Under the pieces are notes generated by a model. It saw only the letters and a program-made list of their open reading frames with translations. It had not been told where the DNA came from and searched no databases. Shown in pieces: positions 25,611-32,000 of a stretch of 32,000 nucleotides of DNA (positions are counted from its first letter, which is position 1; each line of letters opens with the position of its first letter). Location: NCBI GenBank assembly GCA_038889235.1, contig JAWAHN010000001.1, positions 764,499 to 796,498 of the forward strand. Direction: 5' to 3'. The DNA is from Candidatus Jordarchaeales archaeon. Lineage in GTDB: Archaea > Asgardarchaeota > Jordiarchaeia > Jordiarchaeales > Freyrarchaeaceae. A program made the position numbers and the translations under genes.

Positions 25611-26326
25611 AGGTAGCTGTCATACAGTTCCCGGGTTCAAACTGTGACTTGGACACTCTCCACGTGTTACGCAATGTTATAAAGGTTGACGCCGAGCTTG
25701 TTTGGCACAAGAATTTCAACTCGAGTGCATATGACGCAGTAATTCTACCCGGAGGATTTTCCTACGGTGACGCCTTGAGGGCAGGCGTCATAGCCGCATT
25801 TAGTCCTGCTATGAAGCACGTTAAGGAAATGGCTCGAGAGGGAAAACCGGTCTTGGGAATATGTAATGGTTTCCAAATACTTGTTGAAGCGGGAATATTG
25901 CCTGGAGCATTGCTAAGAAATGATAGTCTTACATTTATATGCAAGTGGGTCTACTTGAGACTTGAAACCAGTAGAACGGTTTTTACGCGCAAGGCAAAGG
26001 TGGGACAGGTTTTAGCGATGCCTATAGCCCACAATGAGGGAAAGTACTTCATTGACGAAAAAGGACTAAAGGAGCTGTATGAAAACGAGCAGATAGTGTT
26101 TCGATATTCTAATGATAAAGGTGAAGTAACTCCAGATGTTAATCCTAATGGATCCCTAGACAACATAGCAGGAGTATGTAACCTCGAGGGAAACGTGCTT
26201 GGATTGATGCCTCATCCAGAAAGAGCGGCTGAAACTATTCTAAGCCCATACGGAACAGAAGATGGACGATTAATTTTTGAATCAATGGTTGAATTCCTGA
26301 GGGAAGGGAGAAGTTGCCGCTCTTAG
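25607..26326 (+). CDS. purQ: FGAM synthase glutaminase subunit
   Basis: Motifs [44 protein letters not shown]. Confidence 0.97.
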   Translation: MKVAVIQFPGSNCDLDTLHVLRNVIKVDAELVWHKNFNSSAYDAVILPGGFSYGDALRAGVIAAFSPAMKHVKEMAREGKPVLGICNGFQILVEAGILPGALLRNDSLTFICKWVYLRLETSRTVFTRKAKVGQVLAMPIAHNEGKYFIDEKGLKELYENEQIVFRYSNDKGEVTPDVNPNGSLDNIAGVCNLEGNVLGLMPHPERAAETILSPYGTEDGRLIFESMVEFLREGRSCRS

Positions 26327-28527
26327 GTGGGATCGAGGTAAGTCTTACAGATGAAGAAGTAGCACAGGTTAGAGAGATTTTAGGTAGAGAGCCAAACGCT
26401 GTCGAAGCAGGAATGATAGACGTCATGTGGTCTGAGCACTGTTCCTATAAATCTTCAAAAAGAGTCCTAAGAATGCTGCCGAGAAAGGGCGAAAGAGTTG
26501 TTGTTGGCCCAGGGTACGATGCAGGTGTAATAGATGTAGGAGACGGCTACGTGGCGGTTTTCAAAATAGAGTCACATAACCATCCTTCCGCACTTGATCC
26601 ATACAACGGCGCAGCTACAGGCATAGGAGGGATCGTAAGAGACATACTTTGTATGGGCGCAAGACCTATAGCATTGCTTGACTCGTTACGCTTTGGCTCG
26701 CTGAAAAGTCCTCATTCGCGATGGCTTTTGAAATACGTTGTCAAAGGTATAGCTGATTACGGTAATTGCATAGGAGTTCCAACTGTTGCTGGGGAAGTAG
26801 AGTTCGATGAGAGCTTTGAGAAAAATTGCTTAGTAAATGTGGCGTGCGTCGGTATAGCCAAACGCGATGAGTTAGTATTAGCCAGAGCGGATAGGCCGGG
26901 AGACATAGTTTTGCTCGTAGGAGGAGCTACGGGTAGGGACGGGTTGCATGGGGTCACTTTTGCTTCAAAAACTCTGTCAGAAAAATCTGAAGAAGATAGG
27001 GCCGCAGTGCAAGTGGGCGACCCCTTCACGAAAAAACTAGTTATAGAAGCTACTTTGGAGGCCATTAAGACAGGGTTCGTACATGGACTGAAGGATCTAG
27101 GAGGGGGAGGACTTACATGCGCTTCGTCTGAAATGGCCTACAAAGGCAGATGCGGAATGGAGATAGATGTTTCAAAGGTTCATCTTAGAGAGGAGGGAAT
27201 GACCCCCTTCGAAATAATGCTCTCAGAATCCCAGGAGAGGATGCTTTTCATAGTTGATCCTGCAGGTATAGATAAAGTAACTGCAGTGATGGATAAGTAC
27301 GAAGTTAAATGGAGTATTATAGGGAAAGTGATAAGGGATGAAGAAATAGTGGTTAAAAATGGTGATAAAGTCGTTGCACGTTTACCAACAAGGATTTTGG
27401 CTGATCCCCCAACTATTAAACGTAAAGCAAAGAAGCCGCAATATTTGGACAAGATTCTAGATGTTGAAACACCGCCTATGCCATCGAACCTATCTTCAAC
27501 TTTACTGAACCTTTTATCGTCAGAAAACATAGCAAGCAAAGAATGGGTTTACAGGCAATACGACCATGAGGTCGGAATTAGAAGTGTGGTGAAGTGCGGC
27601 GACGGAGATGCAGCAGTTCTAAGGATCATAGGAGAAGACAAGGGAATTGCCGTTACAAGCGATTGCAATTCCAAGCATTGCTATCTTAATCCATACCATG
27701 GAGGAGCCGGTGCTGTAGCTGAAGCTTGCAGGAACATCGTGTCAGTTGGAGCAGAGCCGGCAGCCATAGTTGATGGTCTTAACTTCGGAAACCCAGAGAA
27801 ACCAGAAATCTTTTGGCAGTTCAAGGAGGCCGTGCGAGGGATAGCAGACATGTGTAAAACGCTTAATCTGCCTTGTGTAGGAGGGAATGTTAGCTTTTAT
27901 AATGAGGATGAAGTGACCGGTAAAGCGGTGAAGCCTTCACCCATCATCGTTGCATTTGGTGTCGTTGAGCCCCTAAGCAGAGTGGTGACCATGCCATTCA
28001 AAGAGGCAGGAGACGAGGTCATGATAGTAGGCAAAACGTTTAGGGAAATGGGGGGTTCAGAATACTATTATGCTATTCACGGAATTGAGGGGGGCAAACC
28101 GCCCAAAGTTAGATTTGGGTTGGAGAAGAGATCACTGAAATTTGTGATGGAAGCTACGAGGAGAGGGTTACTTAAAGCCGTTCATGACTGTTCTAAGGGC
28201 GGTATGGCGGTAGCGCTGGCAGTAATGAGCATTAAGAGTGGCTTAGGAGTTGACGTCGACGTCGCGGCTGCTCCTGCAGAAAAGTTGCGGCTAGACGAGC
28301 TTTTATTCTCCGAGTCACATGCGAGGTTTATTATTTCAACTACCACTAAATTAGCTGAGGAGTGTTTCAAAATAGCTAAAAAATTTAGGGTTCCTCTATC
28401 TAGTATTGGTCGTGTAAATGATGATGGAAAGTTCATTCTTAAATTCAAAAATGAAAGAGTCTTGATGTGCGATGTGGACGATATGATTAATGCTTGGAAG
28501 GAGGGCTTCTCAAGGTTTATGGGGTGA
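26314..28527 (+). CDS. purL: FGAM synthase synthetase subunit
   Basis: Motifs [85 protein letters not shown]. Confidence 0.98.
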   Translation: MPLLGGIEVSLTDEEVAQVREILGREPNAVEAGMIDVMWSEHCSYKSSKRVLRMLPRKGERVVVGPGYDAGVIDVGDGYVAVFKIESHNHPSALDPYNGAATGIGGIVRDILCMGARPIALLDSLRFGSLKSPHSRWLLKYVVKGIADYGNCIGVPTVAGEVEFDESFEKNCLVNVACVGIAKRDELVLARADRPGDIVLLVGGATGRDGLHGVTFASKTLSEKSEEDRAAVQVGDPFTKKLVIEATLEAIKTGFVHGLKDLGGGGLTCASSEMAYKGRCGMEIDVSKVHLREEGMTPFEIMLSESQERMLFIVDPAGIDKVTAVMDKYEVKWSIIGKVIRDEEIVVKNGDKVVARLPTRILADPPTIKRKAKKPQYLDKILDVETPPMPSNLSSTLLNLLSSENIASKEWVYRQYDHEVGIRSVVKCGDGDAAVLRIIGEDKGIAVTSDCNSKHCYLNPYHGGAGAVAEACRNIVSVGAEPAAIVDGLNFGNPEKPEIFWQFKEAVRGIADMCKTLNLPCVGGNVSFYNEDEVTGKAVKPSPIIVAFGVVEPLSRVVTMPFKEAGDEVMIVGKTFREMGGSEYYYAIHGIEGGKPPKVRFGLEKRSLKFVMEATRRGLLKAVHDCSKGGMAVALAVMSIKSGLGVDVDVAAAPAEKLRLDELLFSESHARFIISTTTKLAEECFKIAKKFRVPLSSIGRVNDDGKFILKFKNERVLMCDVDDMINAWKEGFSRFMG

Positions 28528-28528
28528 T

Positions 28529-29956
28529 TTGGTGATAGAGATTAAGGAAAGATGTGGAGTGATAGCCCTTTCAGCTCCTCATAAAAGTATTCAAGTTTCA
28601 AGGTACGCTTTTGACGGGCTGATGGCACTTCAGCATAGAGGGCAGGAATCGGCAGGAATTTACGTTTTCAACGGTAAAAGCATAGAGGGCTATAAGGGTT
28701 TGGGATTAGTTAGCGAGGTGTTTTCCACAAACATTCTATCGGGCTTAATTGGCAACGTAGCTATAGGACACGTGCGGTATAGTACAACTGCGAAAAGCGA
28801 TATAGAAAACGCGCAGCCATACCACTTCTCGTCGACGTATGCGAATTTTGCATTAGCTTTCAATGGAACAATATCTAATTTTTTATCCTTGAGAAAGGAG
28901 TTAGAAGAAAAAGGCCACGTATTTACCTCCAATAGTGACACCGAAGTTATAGCCCACCTAATAGCTTCTAACCTTCTAGAAGTTGAAGATTATATGGAAG
29001 CGCTCTCACTTGCAATGACACAGCTTAAAGGAGCGTACTCCATGGTTTTACTGACAGAAACAGGAGAAATCTATGCAGTCAGAGACCCGTTGGGGTTTAA
29101 GCCACTATGTTTAGGAGTTATACCTAAAAACGAGATATACGTTGTAGCTTCTGAAACAGCTGCCATCGACACGCTAAGCGGAGAATTTTTGAACGATGTT
29201 GCTCCTGGCGAAATCGTCAGGATATGTGAAGGCGAGGTTACCACTAAGAAGGCTGTAAGTCTCAACAGGCATGCGCGCTGTATGTTTGAGTTCGTTTACT
29301 TCTCCAGGCCTGACAGCGTATTCGACGGAATATCCATTTACAAGGCTAGGGAAAAATTAGGAAGAATTCTTTACAGACTGCATCCCGCAGAGGCCGATCT
29401 GGTTGTCCCCGTCCCGGACTCAGGGAGGTGTGCTGCAACAGGCTACTCTGAGGAGTCTGGGATACCCATAGCGGAGGGGCTAATGAAAAACAGATATGTG
29501 TGGCGGACATTCATTATGCCGACTCAATCTTACAGAGAAAACCAGGTTCGTTTGAAGTTTAACCCTGTAAAAAGTGTTGTTGAGGGGCGAGACATCGTTC
29601 TTGTCGACGACTCGATAGTGAGAGCTACAACTATTAAACGAATAGTGCATATGTTGAAAAAGGCAGGTGCCAAAAAAGTTCATGTGAGGATTAGTTGCCC
29701 GCCGATAATAGCAGCATGCTACATGGGGATAGACTTTCCAACTAGGCGTGAACTAATCGCCGCCAACTGCACCGTAAAGGAGATATGCAACTTTATAGAG
29801 GCGGACTCGCTTGGGTACATGACAATTGACGGCTTGCTTGAAGGTATAGGTCTTCCGGAAAACGAACTTTGTCTTGCGTGCCTCAATTGTAAGTACCCGA
29901 TAGAGGAGATAGATTTCGAACTTCTAGAGAAAACACTTGGAGGGGAAAGAAGGTGA
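28529..29956 (+). CDS. purF: Amidophosphoribosyltransferase, Fe-S type (canonical copy)
   Basis: Propeptide then ERCG, LQHRGQESAG, GHVRYST, NG, SDTE, ARDP-like VRDPLG, CMFEFVYFSRPDS, PVPDSG, KNRY, DDSIVR, CYMGID, LCLAC. Start TTG 28529 or GTG 28532, not 28490. Confidence 0.95.
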   Translation: MVIEIKERCGVIALSAPHKSIQVSRYAFDGLMALQHRGQESAGIYVFNGKSIEGYKGLGLVSEVFSTNILSGLIGNVAIGHVRYSTTAKSDIENAQPYHFSSTYANFALAFNGTISNFLSLRKELEEKGHVFTSNSDTEVIAHLIASNLLEVEDYMEALSLAMTQLKGAYSMVLLTETGEIYAVRDPLGFKPLCLGVIPKNEIYVVASETAAIDTLSGEFLNDVAPGEIVRICEGEVTTKKAVSLNRHARCMFEFVYFSRPDSVFDGISIYKAREKLGRILYRLHPAEADLVVPVPDSGRCAATGYSEESGIPIAEGLMKNRYVWRTFIMPTQSYRENQVRLKFNPVKSVVEGRDIVLVDDSIVRATTIKRIVHMLKKAGAKKVHVRISCPPIIAACYMGIDFPTRRELIAANCTVKEICNFIEADSLGYMTIDGLLEGIGLPENELCLACLNCKYPIEEIDFELLEKTLGGERR

Positions 29957-31302
29957 ATAGCGAAAGGTGCGGCGTCTTTGGAATATATGCTTTCGACGAG
30001 TGCTGGAATGTATCGAGGTTCATATACTATGGACTTGTCGCTCTTCAGAATAGAGGACAAGAAACTTGTGGCATGGCTGTTTTCGGCGAGAAGGGGTTGA
30101 AAGTTGTTAAAGGTAAAGGACTAGCCGAGGATTTCTTTACGGAAAAATCCTTAGAGGAAGTAAAGGGATGGGCGGGAATAGGACATGTAAGCCCTCTAGA
30201 ACCCCACTGCAATGAAAACATTCAGCCTGTCTACGTTGGCGACGGTGTTAGGGTTGCTTTATGCTATAATGGAAAGATCCTCAATTATAAAGAGCTATGC
30301 GAGGGCGAAATTAAGCCTGAAGAGGACGCTGTAGCGGTAGCCAACCTTCTAGCAAAAGAGCTTAAGCACAGTGACCCATTGGAAGCGATGGAAAGTGTAA
30401 TGGAAAAAATAAGAGGAGCATATTCGCTCATAGCTTTTACGGACAAAGGAGAGATGATTGTTGCGAGAGATCCTAAAGGGATTAAACCTTTAGTTATAGG
30501 AAGTTACGGGTTCGACCACGGCGCTGTTGCTTCAGAAAGCGCGGCCATAGACGTCATAGGAGCGGACTTGAAGGCAGACGTGAAACCTGGCGAAATCTAC
30601 GTATTCAATTCCTATTCTATCGATAGGAAAAGAGCCTTAAAGGACAGGGAAAGGCACTGCGCCTTCGAGTACGTCTACTTCTGTAGGCCTGACTCAATTA
30701 TAAATGGAAAGTCAGTTTACGAAGTGCGCATGAAAATTGGAGAATACTTGGCAGAAGAATTTCCGGTAGATGCAGATGTCGTGATAGGGGTTCCGGAAAC
30801 AGCCATACCTTTCGCTATGGCGTACTCCAACGCCACCGGAATACCCATCCACATGGGTTTTGTGAGAAGCGGCAGAAGTATGAGAACAGCTATAAGACCA
30901 ACACAGTTCGAAAGACTGGTTGGAGTGCAATTAAAGCTTAACCCAATAAAGAGTGCTATAAGGGGAAAGCGGGTAGTCCTAATAGACGATAGTGTTGTAA
31001 GAGGTACCACCACGAGAAACATAGTAAACATCATGAGGAACAAGATAGGAGCAAAAGAAGTGCATGTGAGAGTGGGAAGCTCAAGACTCATAGCTCCCTG
31101 CCCGTTCGGCGTGGAGGTCCCCGGAAAAGACGAATTGATAGCGGCTCATTTGACAGAGGAAGAGATAAGTAAAGTAGTCGGGGCAGATACTTTCGCTTGG
31201 CTATCCCTTGAAGGTATGGTTAAAGCCATAGGGCTTCCGAAGGATAAACTTTGCATGGGGTGCTTCACTGAGGAATATCCATATTTGGAGGAAGAGACAT
31301 GA
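29953..31302 (+). CDS. purF: Second, divergent amidophosphoribosyltransferase paralog
   Basis: ERCG, ARDPKG, CAFEYVYFCRPDS, DDSVVRGTT and LCMGC are retained. Glutamine-site motifs are altered (LQNRGQE, GHVSPLE). Confidence 0.85.
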   Translation: MNSERCGVFGIYAFDECWNVSRFIYYGLVALQNRGQETCGMAVFGEKGLKVVKGKGLAEDFFTEKSLEEVKGWAGIGHVSPLEPHCNENIQPVYVGDGVRVALCYNGKILNYKELCEGEIKPEEDAVAVANLLAKELKHSDPLEAMESVMEKIRGAYSLIAFTDKGEMIVARDPKGIKPLVIGSYGFDHGAVASESAAIDVIGADLKADVKPGEIYVFNSYSIDRKRALKDRERHCAFEYVYFCRPDSIINGKSVYEVRMKIGEYLAEEFPVDADVVIGVPETAIPFAMAYSNATGIPIHMGFVRSGRSMRTAIRPTQFERLVGVQLKLNPIKSAIRGKRVVLIDDSVVRGTTTRNIVNIMRNKIGAKEVHVRVGSSRLIAPCPFGVEVPGKDELIAAHLTEEEISKVVGADTFAWLSLEGMVKAIGLPKDKLCMGCFTEEYPYLEEET

Positions 31303-32000
31303 AAATCCTGTTAGTAGGGGAAGGAGCAAGGGAGCACGCGATAGCTGACGCTCTATCGAGAAGCACTTACAGCCCGCGAATATTCGCGGTAATGAAGCTC
31401 AGAAATCCAGGTATTTCTAGGATTTGCGAAGAGACAAGAGGTGAGGTTAAACTAGGCGACTCTACAGATCCCTCCTTTGTTGCTTCAATCGCAGAGCAGT
31501 TCTCAGTGGACTTTGTGTTCATAGGGCCGGAGGAGCCACAGTTCCACGGAGTTGCCGATGAGGTTGAAAATAGAGGGATTCCTTGCGTAGGCGCTAAGCG
31601 AGGTCCTTCAGAGATAGAGATGTCAAAGGCATTTATGCGCCGCCTTATGTGGAAATACAAGATACCCGGTAGGTTACGCTTTATGGCGTTCAAAAATATC
31701 GAAGACGCTGTAGCATACATTGAAGAGTACGCTGAAAGCATAGCTCTTAAACCAGCCAGACAGGCTGGAGGAAAAGGAGTTAAGGTGATCGCCGACCTGC
31801 AAGCATACTTGAAAAAAGAGAAAGAGGAAGTTAAGAAGAAACATGTTAGAAACATAGTAGAAGAGCACATGCGGCCGTACACCGACATTGAAGAGCGGAT
31901 TTTGATAGAACAAAAGGTCGAGGGGCCCGAATACACTCTTCAATGTTTTACGGATGGACGTGTTGTAAAACCACTTCCACTAGTGCAGGATAATAAAAAC
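31299..32000 (+). CDS. purD: Phosphoribosylamine-glycine ligase (runs off the window end)
   Basis: Hand translation from ATG 31299: MKILLVGEGAREHAIA...NPG...FIGPEEPQFHGVAD...EMSKAFMRRLM...KPARQAGGKGVKV...IEQKVEGPEYTLQCFTDG. No stop before 32000. Confidence 0.95.
   Translation, partial: MKILLVGEGAREHAIADALSRSTYSPRIFAVMKLRNPGISRICEETRGEVKLGDSTDPSFVASIAEQFSVDFVFIGPEEPQFHGVADEVENRGIPCVGAKRGPSEIEMSKAFMRRLMWKYKIPGRLRFMAFKNIEDAVAYIEEYAESIALKPARQAGGKGVKVIADLQAYLKKEKEEVKKKHVRNIVEEHMRPYTDIEERILIEQKVEGPEYTLQCFTDGRVVKPLPLVQDNKN

Overview
Archaeal chromosomal DNA from a gene-dense housekeeping region. Archaeal-type PGK, ApgM, A-ATPase subunit A, Rqc2 and BRE/TATA promoters, a LysW pathway and a crenarchaeal-style PurD support this. 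E/K-rich proteins suggest a thermophile; TACK/Asgard affinity is inference only. In order: CBS protein (cut off), membrane-anchored HerA/FtsK/VirB4-type ATPase with C-terminal winged helix, pgk, truncated MetE-like 'core' methionine synthase, apgM, LeuA-family synthase, tRNA-Pro(GGG) with three non-canonical introns, HDAC-family deacetylase + pncB, homocitrate synthase with RAM domain, degenerate KaiC/RecA-fold-V4R fusion, solitary atpA, EMC6-like membrane protein, rqc2, lysWXYZJK, an orphan Zn-ribbon protein, and purC-S-Q-L-F-F-D (cut off). I saw no CRISPR array, rRNA, transposase or integrase. lysW, the CBS gene, purD and the tRNA are missing from the ORF track and were read by hand, and several starts were corrected. 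Most notable: the triple-intron tRNA whose introns 1 and 2 carry swapped, cross-pairing stems; the EMC6-like gene beside an orphan atpA and sharing a palindromic double ribosome-binding site with rqc2; the FtsK-like architecture of the HerA-type ATPase; the apparently dead KaiC-V4R sensor; and a probable ATA start codon. Family assignments come from motif recognition and remembered sequences, not database searches.
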